Source of the DNA: a virus
Taxonomy: Duplodnaviria; Caudoviricetes
IMG/VR virus record: IMGVR_UViG_3300037524_001137
Location: 1-40,550 of that record
Direction: 5' to 3' (one strand)
Length of the DNA: 40,550 nucleotides
Shown here: positions 7,101 to 15,877 of the stretch, piece after piece
How positions within the stretch are numbered: position 1 is the stretch's first letter
Layout of the letters: the number at the start of each line of letters is the position of its first letter
Translations under genes and position numbers: made by a program
The notes under the pieces: model-generated
Told to the model about the DNA's origin: nothing
Seen by the model: only the letters and a program-made list of their open reading frames with translations
The model's database searches: none

Positions 7101-8905
7101 GCACGGTTACAGGCATCCCAGCTATTGCGGCTACCGGCGCGGTCACCACCAGCGGGGCAGCACTGACCAGTGTCATGTGTCAATCTGCGGTTGCCGTCCA
7201 GGGCACGGCCACGGCTACAGGTGCCGCCACTGGCCTGCCGGCGGGCCAGGCGGTTATTGCCACCACCGGCACGGTCTCGTTGACCACCACCGCTGACGCT
7301 GCTCCCACCGGAGTCACCGCCCTGGCCCGGCTGGGTACGGTCACCGCCGCCGGGGGCGCCCTGGGCGAGGCCCTACCCGCTGGCATTGCGGCAAACGCTC
7401 GACTGGGCCTTGCCACTCTCACGGGCTCTGCCCTGACCAGTGTTATTGGCCAGGTGGCCCAAGCCTCGCTCGGCACCGTATCCGCCTCGGTTGAAAACAC
7501 GGCATTACCCAGTGGACTGGCTGCGGTCAGTCTCCTGGGTAATGTCGTGGCCACGGGTACTGCTCTAACGAGCGTCATTGGCCAGGCGGCCACGGTTACC
7601 CAGGGCATCGCCACCGCCTCCGGCGCTGCCGCCATTTCGGTTGCCGGCGCGGTCACCACTGCGTCATTAGGGGCGGCCACCGTCACCGGCGCTGCTATCG
7701 GTGCGGTGATGGGCGTGCCAGCCAAGGCTGCTACCGGCACGGCTACCGTTATCGGCACTGCTCACGTGGCCGCCAGCGGTCAGAGCGCCATCGCCTCCTG
7801 GGGCATGGCATCGGGTATGGGGGCTGCCCTGGCCGCGCCCACTGGGCAGGCAACCACCGCTACTGTCGGGAGCCCACTGGGTACCGGCACCGCCCTGGTT
7901 ACCCCTGACGGGGTGTGGGGCAGCGGACAAACGGGCATTGCGACTGGCGCGGGTCTTGGTGAGGCCCTGCCGCTGGGTCAGGCGTCACCTGCCACCACGG
8001 GCACGGTAACCGCCACCGGCGCAGGGCTTGCCAGCGTGGTGGGTCAGGCCGCCATTGCCACCATCGGCACACCGACGGTTTCCGCCAGTACCTTCGGTAC
8101 CGCCCTACCCGATGGAGTGGCGGCTGAAGTCAGGATCGGCACCGTTGCGGCCACGGGCACCGCCCTCACCGTCCCCACTGGGGTCCAGACCACAGTTGCC
8201 TCCGGTGCGTCAGTAGCGATTGGCAATGCCGCCGCCGCCGTTACGGGGCAATCCGCCAGCGCGGCTCTCGGGACGGTGCTGGTTTCGGCTTATGCCAATG
8301 CCATCGCCCTACCCGACGGCGTTTTTGTGGCGTCCGCAGCGGGGAATGTCAGCGCCACGGGCGCCGCCTATGTCGCTCCCGAAGGGCTGGCTGGTGATGC
8401 GTCTACAGGGTTGGCTACAGGGGCTGGATCGGCGACGGTTACCCCGGTGGGGCAATGGGCCGATCTGACCCTCGGCATTGTCGTTGCAACTGGTGGCACG
8501 TCCGCCACGGCGCAACCCCTCGGCCAGTCCGCCGCCGCAAACACCGGGCTGGTGACAGCGCAGGGGCGGGGCCTGGCCACCCCATCAGGCGTGGGCGTTA
8601 TCGCCACCAATGGCACGGTCGGGTTAACCGCCGCAGGGCAAGCCTTACCGCCTGGCGTGCGGGCGATTACCGGACTGGGCGCCATCGACATGGGCGTCAA
8701 AGGCTGGTTGGTGTGCAATGTGTCTTTGGCTCCCACCTTGTTGGCTACCATCGACATAGGTCAGCAGGGACAGTTAATGGGTGACGTCAGTCTAATGCCC
8801 ATTATGTCGGGTACCATTGACATAATTCCCGCCGTAACCGGAACAGCACGTGTGAGTCCGTTGCTGAATGGTGCTGTTTCCATTTTGCCCCGAGATATGT
8901 CATGA
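4103..8905 (+). CDS. Giant Ala/Thr/Gly-rich repeat fibre-like protein (1600 aa)
   Basis: About 390-aa N-terminal region with a GFQPD-type motif, then many degenerate ~22-aa repeats such as TATATGAATASVTGQSTITTTG. Confidence 0.8.
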   Translation: MAKFAKVVTGALTTSGTCDITSSGAGTCDGAIVYFTSATSTNTDTDQSSLSTTVFDGTNTYGVSEWDTDNSSKSNSRSRLSVNVNGFDTSTSLEYGTISTISDGIRITWLDPPPSGYRYVAILFFGGFSLKAGYLNTSATLNATSSYSGASFIPQCGLFYWATTSGNFNETPQATTGGILSHGTFIYNESTITQRAVYYFSVHSQNDSTIITQASNNAVGINNSPCYYQVTSVASNGFTITTKGTTGNADTCIFLLIGGLNDVALNDTACPASTGDKSWEGPGFQPDLIIMAQSALAAYNTEYTTEDGNLAIGTHDGTTGGGVAVWSLDNAATTNTGSRTNSTNFLQSYQTTAAKQFAASFSSFDSLGYNLNYSEVSSGGIGFTLALQFESGSVNGTATPTGVAGVAKLSTATAKGGATKTVTGVRAVGKLGTAVATAITHAEALPAGVASLATSGTVSATGTATTGVTGQTAIGASGIAIATGTANYSVVGQASIAAYGMATASGAGTATATSQSAMAAYGTATATGTALATATGQSSSATTGTATATGDAASTVTGISVLGALGTATATGAATASVTGQSTITTTGTAAVSAAAILSVIGQSSTAATGTVAATGDGTATVDGQAAIGALGTSTAAAYSMAEALPAGVYAVATQGTATATGGATASVTGQAATGRYGTATATGAGIATVLGQSALATQGTATATGDAQHAATGQAAVGTHGTATATGAAVATVLGQAAIGASGTVIATGAASYTATGQAATATSGTVTASGTASATLTGQAGVATTGTATATGTAIATITGQAAVASVGTATATATATATASPEGVAALAAWGAAAATGTATSTATGIQAIATTGTATATGTAFADVIGQSAVGVQGTATATGTGIAVPVGQATIATQGTATATGTALTDVTGQSALATTGSVIPTGDALATITGHASTAAQGTATATGAANSLPGGQAAIAATGIVNASATVTGAALPDGVAALATWGDVIASGAAVSTVTGIPAIAATGAVTTSGAALTSVMCQSAVAVQGTATATGAATGLPAGQAVIATTGTVSLTTTADAAPTGVTALARLGTVTAAGGALGEALPAGIAANARLGLATLTGSALTSVIGQVAQASLGTVSASVENTALPSGLAAVSLLGNVVATGTALTSVIGQAATVTQGIATASGAAAISVAGAVTTASLGAATVTGAAIGAVMGVPAKAATGTATVIGTAHVAASGQSAIASWGMASGMGAALAAPTGQATTATVGSPLGTGTALVTPDGVWGSGQTGIATGAGLGEALPLGQASPATTGTVTATGAGLASVVGQAAIATIGTPTVSASTFGTALPDGVAAEVRIGTVAATGTALTVPTGVQTTVASGASVAIGNAAAAVTGQSASAALGTVLVSAYANAIALPDGVFVASAAGNVSATGAAYVAPEGLAGDASTGLATGAGSATVTPVGQWADLTLGIVVATGGTSATAQPLGQSAAANTGLVTAQGRGLATPSGVGVIATNGTVGLTAAGQALPPGVRAITGLGAIDMGVKGWLVCNVSLAPTLLATIDIGQQGQLMGDVSLMPIMSGTIDIIPAVTGTARVSPLLNGAVSILPRDMS

Positions 8906-9231
8906 CCATGCAAGTGCTGCTGTTCGCCACCGATCATGTGCTGGAAGTTTCCGGTCTATCTAACGGCCTGACCGGGGCGCTCATTGCTAACGCCACGGTT
9001 ACTGTGACGCTCGTTGACGCCACCGGAGAAGGGGTCGAGGGCGTGACGTGGCCGCTCTCGGTGCCCGCAGTAACCGGAGTGGCGGGCACTTATCGGGTGG
9101 TTTTGCCCGCCGCCATGCAGGTATCGCCGCGTTCACAACTGGAGGCCAGGATTATTGCGGATGCCGGAGCGGGATTGCGTCGCTCCTGGTTCGTCCCGCT
9201 GCGGGTGGAGCGGCAAGCCTGTAGCGCGTAA
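8902..9231 (+). CDS. Small beta-rich (Ig-like) virion protein
   Basis: ATGA-coupled to the giant gene; alternating beta-strand pattern (NATVTVTLVD, GTYRVVLP). Confidence 0.55.
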   Translation: MTMQVLLFATDHVLEVSGLSNGLTGALIANATVTVTLVDATGEGVEGVTWPLSVPAVTGVAGTYRVVLPAAMQVSPRSQLEARIIADAGAGLRRSWFVPLRVERQACSA

Positions 9232-9266
9232 ACCACTCTACTGGGATGACAGGCTGTATCGGTAGA

Positions 9267-9282
9267 GTCGTGACAGCACACT
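9267..9282 (+). promoter_or_regulatory. GTCGTGAC-NN-YAnnnT motif copy 1 (candidate late promoter)
   Basis: GTCGTGAC AG CACACT, intergenic, 6 nt before ATG 9289. Confidence 0.6.
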
Positions 9283-9288
9283 AGGCAC

Positions 9289-10047
9289 ATGAGCCTTTTC
9301 CCCTTTATCGAGCAGACCCTGGCAGACCTGCGGCAGGACCGCCTGGGAGCCCCGCTGCTGTCGGGTTTATGCCTGTCGGATAGCTATCTGGAGACCCAGA
9401 TTCGCGCCGCTGAAGCCGATGCGGCACTGGCCCTGCGCGTCTTCCTGACCCCGACCCTCGTCTTGCCGGAGACGGCGACCGAGGCCGAAAAGGACGCCTT
9501 GGATGAGGCCGGTACCCCCTGGGTCGAGGAGCCTGGTTATGACCTGGAAGGCGACTTCTTCGCTGGGGAACGCTGGGGCTATCTGGTGACGCGCCATCGG
9601 CCCATCATCAGCGTGCAGTCGATGCAGTTTGTCTACCCCCAGCCCTACTCGGGGGTGTTCACTGTCCCCTCCGACTGGATTCGTACCGACAAAAAGTACG
9701 GGCACATTCGCCTGGTGCCCGGCACGCAGGCTTTTGCCGCTCCCATGTCGGCCTGGGTAATGCAGGTTATGGGAGCCGGGCGCACTATCCCGCAAATGAT
9801 TCAACTGCGCTATACCGCTGGGTTGAGAAATGCGGCAGTGCAACATCCCGAATTGCCAGACCTGGTATTGCGGATGGCGATGTTGCGGGTATTGAACAAT
9901 CAATTTCCCGCTACCTCGGGGTCGATCTCAGCGGACGGGCTGTCGGAAAGCCAGAGCATCCAGCTCAATCAATACCAAGGCGATATTGACGCCAGCCTGG
10001 AGCGCCTGCGCCAGGTGATTCACGGCGTGCAATGCCTGGTGTGCTGA
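9289..10047 (+). CDS. Head-tail adaptor / head completion protein
   Basis: Position at the start of the neck module; pattern of N-terminal helices, RPIISVQS, YTAG, SISADGLSES. Confidence 0.65.
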   Translation: MSLFPFIEQTLADLRQDRLGAPLLSGLCLSDSYLETQIRAAEADAALALRVFLTPTLVLPETATEAEKDALDEAGTPWVEEPGYDLEGDFFAGERWGYLVTRHRPIISVQSMQFVYPQPYSGVFTVPSDWIRTDKKYGHIRLVPGTQAFAAPMSAWVMQVMGAGRTIPQMIQLRYTAGLRNAAVQHPELPDLVLRMAMLRVLNNQFPATSGSISADGLSESQSIQLNQYQGDIDASLERLRQVIHGVQCLVC

Positions 10048-10062
10048 CGCGCGCTAATCGCC

Positions 10063-10698
10063 ATGCGCCTCAATCCTGCACGCTTCAATCGCTTCCTCGC
10101 CAAGATCGGGCAGGACCTCGCCTGGCAGCCTAGCAGCGCCTGTCCGTGTGTGCAGCCCTTTTCCGGCAGCCCCGACCCCAATTGTCCGCATTGCGACGGC
10201 AAGGGGCGGCTGTGGGGCACGTCAGTGCCGTGTAGTGCCGGCATTGTGTCGCGGGACATCATGCGTCAGGCCGCGCCGATGGCGATCCTGGACGCCGGGG
10301 ATGTGATGCTGGTTATTCCCAGTGACCAGCCGATTTATGCTATCGGCGAGTACGATCGGGTGGTGATGACCGATCGGAGCGAGCCCTTCAGCCTCAATCT
10401 TATTGCGGGCGCTAATGCTCTACGCTTCAACCCGGTGTCCATCGACCGCATCACTTGGTTGGACGAAGAGGGCGATCTGGTAGACGGCACTCTGCCGAGA
10501 AGCTGGGCCAACGGCGTACTGACCTGGCCACCGCTGGCCGCCAAAACCCCGCCAGCCGGCGTGACCGTCGCCATCACCGGTCGCCGGCATCCGGAGTATT
10601 TCTGCTGGTTGACCCTGACCCTGGACCGGCCCCACCACTCTGGAGCGCCCCTGCCGCGTCGCGTGGTGCTGCGGCGCTTTGACTTGTTTGGGGCCTGA
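10063..10698 (+). CDS. Neck/head-closure protein with Zn-binding motif
   Basis: CPC-x9-CPHCDGKG, similar to SPO1/Twort-type neck proteins; position in the neck module. Confidence 0.6.
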   Translation: MRLNPARFNRFLAKIGQDLAWQPSSACPCVQPFSGSPDPNCPHCDGKGRLWGTSVPCSAGIVSRDIMRQAAPMAILDAGDVMLVIPSDQPIYAIGEYDRVVMTDRSEPFSLNLIAGANALRFNPVSIDRITWLDEEGDLVDGTLPRSWANGVLTWPPLAAKTPPAGVTVAITGRRHPEYFCWLTLTLDRPHHSGAPLPRRVVLRRFDLFGA

Positions 10699-10699
10699 G

Positions 10700-11533
10700 A
10701 TGGGTCTGAATTACAGCCTGTCTGTTGACCTCGGTGCCCTGGCCGGGTTGTCAGCGCAGCTTAAGCAGGCTATTGCTCCCAATGTGCAGTATGCCGTGAC
10801 TTATACGGCGCAGCAGGCGACGAACCGCTGGCAGGACGCCGTCAAGCAGGCCAAGTTGTGGTCCGTCGAGAAGGACGCTTATCTCAAGTCCATCCGCTGG
10901 GAGATGACCAGCCAATCCGTCACCGCCAATGGGCTCGATTTTCAGGCCAAGGTGTGGAGTGATTACTCTCTGGCGCCGAGCATTGAAACCGGACGTCCGG
11001 CGCGCGATCTCAAGGCCAATCTGCCCCGCGCCAAGCGGGCGCGCAAGGTGCAGTCCGGTAAGCATGCCGGCCAGTTGTATCTGATCGTGCCCTTCCGCCA
11101 CAACGTGCCCACCCCCTCGGGCATCGGCGCCCATGCGCCCCAAATGCCACCGCACATTTATGCGCAGGCCAAGAAGCTGGCGGCCTCCAGCCTGCTGCCG
11201 CTGGGCAGTAAAAAGCCCGCTACCCGGCTGTCCGCCACCGGGCACATCGTGCCGCAGCAGTCCTACGCCTGGGGCGGGCGCCTGCCGGCGGGCCTGGCGC
11301 CGAAGAAGAAGGCGTATCACGTCACCGACCTGTACGCCGGCATGGTGCGCTTCAACACCTCCTCCGGCAAACAGAAATCCAGCGCCTATCTGACCTTCCG
11401 CACGATGGGCCAGTGGTCCGACGGCTGGATCATCCCCGCCAAGCCCGGCCTGTACCTGGCCAAAGGGGTGGCGGACAGCATCAACCCGACCTTCAACGCC
11501 ATCATCCGCCAGGCCCTGACGCTCGGTACCTGA
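10700..11533 (+). CDS. Neck/tail completion protein
   Basis: Basic protein with YLIVPFRH and YLTFRT...WIIPA motifs, located between neck genes and sheath. Confidence 0.55.
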   Translation: MGLNYSLSVDLGALAGLSAQLKQAIAPNVQYAVTYTAQQATNRWQDAVKQAKLWSVEKDAYLKSIRWEMTSQSVTANGLDFQAKVWSDYSLAPSIETGRPARDLKANLPRAKRARKVQSGKHAGQLYLIVPFRHNVPTPSGIGAHAPQMPPHIYAQAKKLAASSLLPLGSKKPATRLSATGHIVPQQSYAWGGRLPAGLAPKKKAYHVTDLYAGMVRFNTSSGKQKSSAYLTFRTMGQWSDGWIIPAKPGLYLAKGVADSINPTFNAIIRQALTLGT

Positions 11534-11563
11534 CGCCTTCCTTTCCGCCCCCCCCCGCTGCTT

Positions 11564-11579
11564 GTCGTGACACCAGACT
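11564..11579 (+). promoter_or_regulatory. GTCGTGAC-NN-YAnnnT motif copy 2
   Basis: GTCGTGAC AC CAGACT, 7 nt before ATG 11587. Confidence 0.6.
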
Positions 11580-11586
11580 AGGCAGC

Positions 11587-12456
11587 ATGATCAGTTTCGC
11601 TCATGCGCCCCCCTGCGGGAACGTCACCTCACTGGTAGTAATGCCGGATCGCTATATTCCCATAGCGACGGGTTGGCGCGTGCTTCGACGCACCGATGAC
11701 GATTTTATCGGGGCCGACGATTCGACCGCTGTCCTGGTGGATTCGGGCGATGACGACGCCGAGATGACCCAGGTACTGGATTACCAGAACCTAATCAATG
11801 GCCAAGTCTACTGGTATCAGCATTATTTGCAGGTTGATGGGGACTGGGTGCCATCGGGTGATCCGGTCAGCGTCACCCCCGCCTATCTCGCTGAGCCTTT
11901 ATATGCGACGCCAGACCTGGCCAGTTTTGTCCGCGAGCGTCTGGCTTTGGGGCTGGCGGCTGAGGTACAGGCGGGGCACCTACGGCATGACAACAACGCC
12001 ATTCCGGTGCTGTCCGCTCAGCCGCTGATTGATGCCGTCAAATTGCCCGTGGTCACCGTGATCCTCACCGACCGACACGCAGAGGTGCGCGGGATTGGTG
12101 AGGGAGTGCTGCCTGATCTGTGGGATGCCGCCGAAAACACCTGGTCGGTGTACGAGGGTTGGTTGGATCGCAGCACGGTACAAGTGGCGGTGTGGTCCCT
12201 TAATCACCAAGACCGTCTACGCTTACGCGATGCGGTACAGCGCGTTCTTATGCTCAACCTAGCCGTCTTCGATGCGGCAGGCTTTCTCACTCCTGAATTG
12301 AGCGAGGCTGATAGCGCCAACTTCGAGTCTTTTGACGCTCCCGTCTACCAATCTGTTTTCACTCTGTCCTGCCTGCACGTCTCAGTTGTACGTGCGAAGG
12401 TCCCTGCCATCCGTATTTCCGAGGTCCCAGTCGATGCCGAGGCTACCTACTTCTAA
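11587..12456 (+). CDS. Tail terminator-like protein with N-terminal beta domain
   Basis: Just upstream of the sheath; LPVVTV...VQVAVWS..RLRLRD pattern. ATG 11587 is the likely start. Confidence 0.55.
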   Translation: MISFAHAPPCGNVTSLVVMPDRYIPIATGWRVLRRTDDDFIGADDSTAVLVDSGDDDAEMTQVLDYQNLINGQVYWYQHYLQVDGDWVPSGDPVSVTPAYLAEPLYATPDLASFVRERLALGLAAEVQAGHLRHDNNAIPVLSAQPLIDAVKLPVVTVILTDRHAEVRGIGEGVLPDLWDAAENTWSVYEGWLDRSTVQVAVWSLNHQDRLRLRDAVQRVLMLNLAVFDAAGFLTPELSEADSANFESFDAPVYQSVFTLSCLHVSVVRAKVPAIRISEVPVDAEATYF

Positions 12457-12652
12457 TCCTTCGCCCGTTCCTGTCGCGCCGGTGGCTGATGTGGCCCTGG
12501 ACGATTGGTGTGAATCCAAGAGCCGCTCTCTGGGGCGCCGGGTCGAGGCCCTATCCGCGTTTTACAAGCGGTGCCAGCGGCTGGGCCTGGGGCGCGCTAC
12601 GGCGGACACATTTGAAGCCGACTTCCAGGCGTTTCTCAAGCAACCGGCCTAA
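12434..12652 (+). CDS. Small hypothetical protein preceding the sheath
   Basis: 72-aa ORF that fills the gap up to the sheath RBS. Confidence 0.55.
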   Translation: MPRLPTSNPSPVPVAPVADVALDDWCESKSRSLGRRVEALSAFYKRCQRLGLGRATADTFEADFQAFLKQPA

Positions 12653-12665
12653 GAGGTAATTACTC

Positions 12666-14678
12666 ATGTCTGTGTTTTTCAATGGCCGCCTGCTGACGAC
12701 ACCGTCGGTCGAATCGGCAATCTACGACGCTGGCCTGGCGGCTGCTTATCCCGGGCGTGCCAACAACGTCGTCGCCATTATCGGCACCTCGGAAGGCGGC
12801 ATTCCCAAGCAGCCGATGTTTTTTGATAGCCCGGTCATCGCGCGGCGCGCCTTGCGTAGTGGCGACCTGATCCGTGCCGTCGAAATGGCCTTCAATCCTT
12901 CTGCCGAAACCGGGTCCCCGTCACGGGTAGCCGTTGTCCGGGTGGAAGAAGCGGTACAGGCCGGCTTGACTTTGCTAGACAGCCAAGGTAACCCGATCAT
13001 CGCTCTTCATTCTTCCGATTACGGTGCCCACACCAACGGCATTCGTGTCACCGTCGAATCTGGTTCTCAGTCCGGCAAGCGGGTGACCGTGCAGCACGAT
13101 AACCAGTATTACACCAAAGACAATTTGACACGCACACCCTTGACTGTGCGTTATTCGGGCAATGAAGCCACGGCCACTGTAGCGGTTTCAGCGACGCAGG
13201 TGATCTTGCGTGCGCCCGCTGCTACCGTAACTCCCGTCGCCCTTAACCTGGCGTCCTATCGCAGCATCCGCGAACTGTGTGACGCCATCAATTCCCAGCC
13301 TGGCTTCTCAGCCGTGGCTCAGATCCCCAGTGCGTTGGCCCAAGGGGTGCTGGACGGGATTGAGCCAACGTCTTGTAAATCTGTAGACCTGGCGCTGAAG
13401 GCTGACCTGCAAGTGGTTGTGGACTGGTTCAATACTGCCGCTCGTGACCTGGTTGTGGCGAGCAGAGGTTCTACTAGCCTCTTTACCGTCCAATACACCG
13501 GCGAAGGGACAACCGCAACGTTGACCATTACCGATACCAAGGTTAGCCTGCAAGTAGATTCCGACTCCCCCACGGAAATTACGGTGGCCAGTCACCCCAC
13601 CGTGACCTCGCTGGTGGCGGCCATTGATGCCGTCACGGACTTTACTGCTACGGCTGTGCAGGGCTCTATCGTACCCACCAATAACTTGGGCCTAATGGAT
13701 GCCGCGCCATGCAAGAGTGCGGCGGTCACGGTGCATGCTTTGCAGGGGGCTCCGGTCAACTTGACAGGCACTTACCTGACTGGGGGCAGCAACGGCCCGG
13801 CGCCGACCAACCAGGACTGGCAAGATGCCTTTGACGCCCTGCAATCTGCTGACGTGCAGTGGGTCGTGCCTCTTTCCGGCAGCGAGTATATCTGGTACAT
13901 GGCCGATGCTCACGTCCAGTTCATGTCGGGTCCCGGCAAAATGGAGCGCAGGTGCTTCGTCGGTGGAGACATCGTGTTAAGCACACTGCAACAAGGCATC
14001 AGCGATGCTCAGGATGCCGCCATCGCGCTTAATTCCGACCGCACCGCCTTGGTGTTCCCGCCCATCCTGGCCTATAACGATGATGGTGTTCTGACCGCTT
14101 TGCCGGCCTACTTCCTGGCCGCCCAGGTGGCCGGCGGGTTTGCCGCGATGAACTTCGGCAACACCATGACCAACAAGGTGCTCAAGATCCAAGGGCTCGA
14201 CCCGCTGGTCACCAACGTCTATGACTCAGATACGTTAATCAACTCTGGGGTGTGCGGTATCCGCAAAACCCAGCGTGGTTATATCGTATCCAAGGCGGTT
14301 TCGACCTGGCTGTCCAATGACAATTACAACCGGGTGGAAATCTCGACTGGTGTGGCCCTGGACTACGTGGCCCGCACCGTGCGCGAAGCCCTGGAAATCT
14401 TCGTCGGGCGCAAGGCCAGCCCCATCACCCTGCACGAGGCCATCTCCACTACAGATTCCGTGCTGCGCGAGCTGTCCCGGCCTGAGCCTGTGGGCGTTGG
14501 CGTTATCGTCGGTGACGAGACTAACCCGGCTTACAAGAACATTACGGCGGAAATCCAGGGCGACATCCTGCGCGTCTGGTTTGAGTGTAGTCCGGTCATC
14601 CCGATCAACTTTGTCCTTATTGGCGTGTATGCCAAGGCGTACAGCGGCAGTGCTTCTGCCGTGGTAACAAACGGTTAA
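12666..14678 (+). CDS. Contractile tail sheath protein (SPO1/Twort-like)
   Basis: N-terminus IIGTSEGG.P...ARRALRSGDLIRAVEMAFNP and C-terminus CSPVIPINFVLI; GAGGT RBS. Confidence 0.9.
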   Translation: MSVFFNGRLLTTPSVESAIYDAGLAAAYPGRANNVVAIIGTSEGGIPKQPMFFDSPVIARRALRSGDLIRAVEMAFNPSAETGSPSRVAVVRVEEAVQAGLTLLDSQGNPIIALHSSDYGAHTNGIRVTVESGSQSGKRVTVQHDNQYYTKDNLTRTPLTVRYSGNEATATVAVSATQVILRAPAATVTPVALNLASYRSIRELCDAINSQPGFSAVAQIPSALAQGVLDGIEPTSCKSVDLALKADLQVVVDWFNTAARDLVVASRGSTSLFTVQYTGEGTTATLTITDTKVSLQVDSDSPTEITVASHPTVTSLVAAIDAVTDFTATAVQGSIVPTNNLGLMDAAPCKSAAVTVHALQGAPVNLTGTYLTGGSNGPAPTNQDWQDAFDALQSADVQWVVPLSGSEYIWYMADAHVQFMSGPGKMERRCFVGGDIVLSTLQQGISDAQDAAIALNSDRTALVFPPILAYNDDGVLTALPAYFLAAQVAGGFAAMNFGNTMTNKVLKIQGLDPLVTNVYDSDTLINSGVCGIRKTQRGYIVSKAVSTWLSNDNYNRVEISTGVALDYVARTVREALEIFVGRKASPITLHEAISTTDSVLRELSRPEPVGVGVIVGDETNPAYKNITAEIQGDILRVWFECSPVIPINFVLIGVYAKAYSGSASAVVTNG

Positions 14679-14693
14679 GCGGAGTAGCTTCCC

Positions 14694-15125
14694 ATGGCTG
14701 ATGAACACAGAATCGTAAATTCCGGTAACCGGATCGAAGTGCAGTTTGATGGCAAAGTCATTGGGTTGTTGCAGAATTTGCGACCGTCAGATGATTATGG
14801 CCATGAGCCCGCCAGCGGGGTAGGCGATATTCATGTCCAGGAGTACGTGCCCTCCATGGCCCGGCACCAGATTAGCGCATCGACCATGGTGCTGTTCTCC
14901 AATAACCTGCGCGACAGCAATATCGCCATGGAAAACGGCGATGAGGTCTTGAAGGGTTTGGTGTTTGACATCGTGGTGTATGGCAAGGACCCCAAGAACT
15001 CGGGCGTGCTGCGCAAATACACCAAGTGCTCGTTCACCTCTGGCGACGTGGAGATTCAGAAGCACGCCATCGTGGTGGCCAATGCCCAGTTCGTCGCCCT
15101 TGACGTGACCGGAAGTAAACTCTGA
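14694..15125 (+). CDS. Tail tube protein (SPO1/Twort-like)
   Basis: SGNRIEVQFDGKVIG..Q....DDYG....GVGDIHVQEYV; 143 aa, directly after the sheath. Confidence 0.85.
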   Translation: MADEHRIVNSGNRIEVQFDGKVIGLLQNLRPSDDYGHEPASGVGDIHVQEYVPSMARHQISASTMVLFSNNLRDSNIAMENGDEVLKGLVFDIVVYGKDPKNSGVLRKYTKCSFTSGDVEIQKHAIVVANAQFVALDVTGSKL

Positions 15126-15481
15126 TGCCTGATCCGCAGGTCTTTACTGTAGCGGTAGACGGAGTCGGCAGTTTCACCTGCCGGCACCGGACCATGCGTA
15201 CTGCCATTGCCATTACAGCGGAGTACAACCGGCTGACCGAGGGCGCGGAACAAGTGCCCGATGATTTTGCTGGCATTTGCAACTTCATTGCCTACCTCAA
15301 GGTTATGGTGGTGTACGGTCCTAGCGATTGGGACCCCTACCAGACAGACCCGGATTCAGCAACGGACATGGAAAAGCTGCGTCAGGTTTACACGGCCATC
15401 AAGGAAGCCGAGGGTCGATTTCGCCAACCAGCAAGCAAAGACGCTAAAATTTCGCGCGCGAGCACTGGCGGCGTCGATTGA
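15125..15481 (+). CDS. Tail assembly chaperone
   Basis: Lies between tube and tape measure; TGATG-coupled to the tube. Confidence 0.75.
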   Translation: MPDPQVFTVAVDGVGSFTCRHRTMRTAIAITAEYNRLTEGAEQVPDDFAGICNFIAYLKVMVVYGPSDWDPYQTDPDSATDMEKLRQVYTAIKEAEGRFRQPASKDAKISRASTGGVD

Positions 15482-15770
15482 GTGGTGGTACCGGGAACGC
15501 TACCAGCTCCCGGTTACCGACCCGCGTTTCCTCGATGCCACCTGGGATGACATGCTGGTGGATGCCTGGGCGAGTTATTTCGCTAAAGCTAAACAAGCGG
15601 GGAATGGCGAGTTGATCGAGGACGACAGCTTTGACATCAATCAAATTCTGGACGATCTTGAGCGCCAGGGGGGCGACGCCTCGGCGCTGAGTACCGATCT
15701 ACCAGAGGATGTGCCAGATGATTGGGAGGAGCCGGAGACCTGGGGAATGGATACCCTGCATCACTTCTGA
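15420..15770 (+). CDS. Tail assembly chaperone extension (likely reached by +1 frameshift)
   Basis: Overlapping +1 frame with WWYRERYQLPVTDPRFLDAT upstream of its first in-frame ATG; candidate slip site TTT CGC at 15419-15424. Confidence 0.6.
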   Translation, partial: FANQQAKTLKFRARALAASIEWWYRERYQLPVTDPRFLDATWDDMLVDAWASYFAKAKQAGNGELIEDDSFDINQILDDLERQGGDASALSTDLPEDVPDDWEEPETWGMDTLHHF

Positions 15771-15775
15771 ACCTG

Positions 15776-15804
15776 AGCCCGGCTTCGTGTCGGGCTTTTC
15801 ATTT
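15776..15804 (+). terminator. Rho-independent terminator
   Basis: AGCCCGGC-TTCGT-GTCGGGCT hairpin followed by TTTCATTT. Confidence 0.7.
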
Positions 15805-15812
15805 AGGGCGCG

Positions 15813-15828
15813 GTCGTGAGCGTATGTT
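15813..15828 (+). promoter_or_regulatory. GTCGTGAC-like motif copy 3
   Basis: GTCGTGAG CG TATGTT, just after the terminator and upstream of the tape measure gene. Confidence 0.55.
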
Positions 15829-15877
15829 AGCTGTATGACCTGTTTTCGCCGCCCGCATCCATTGAGGCTCCCTTCGC

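Noticed and set aside
4783-8784. Many antisense and alternate-frame ORFs inside the giant gene
   Set aside because: Expected shadows of GC-rich, repetitive Ala/Thr/Gly codons; no RBS or motif support.
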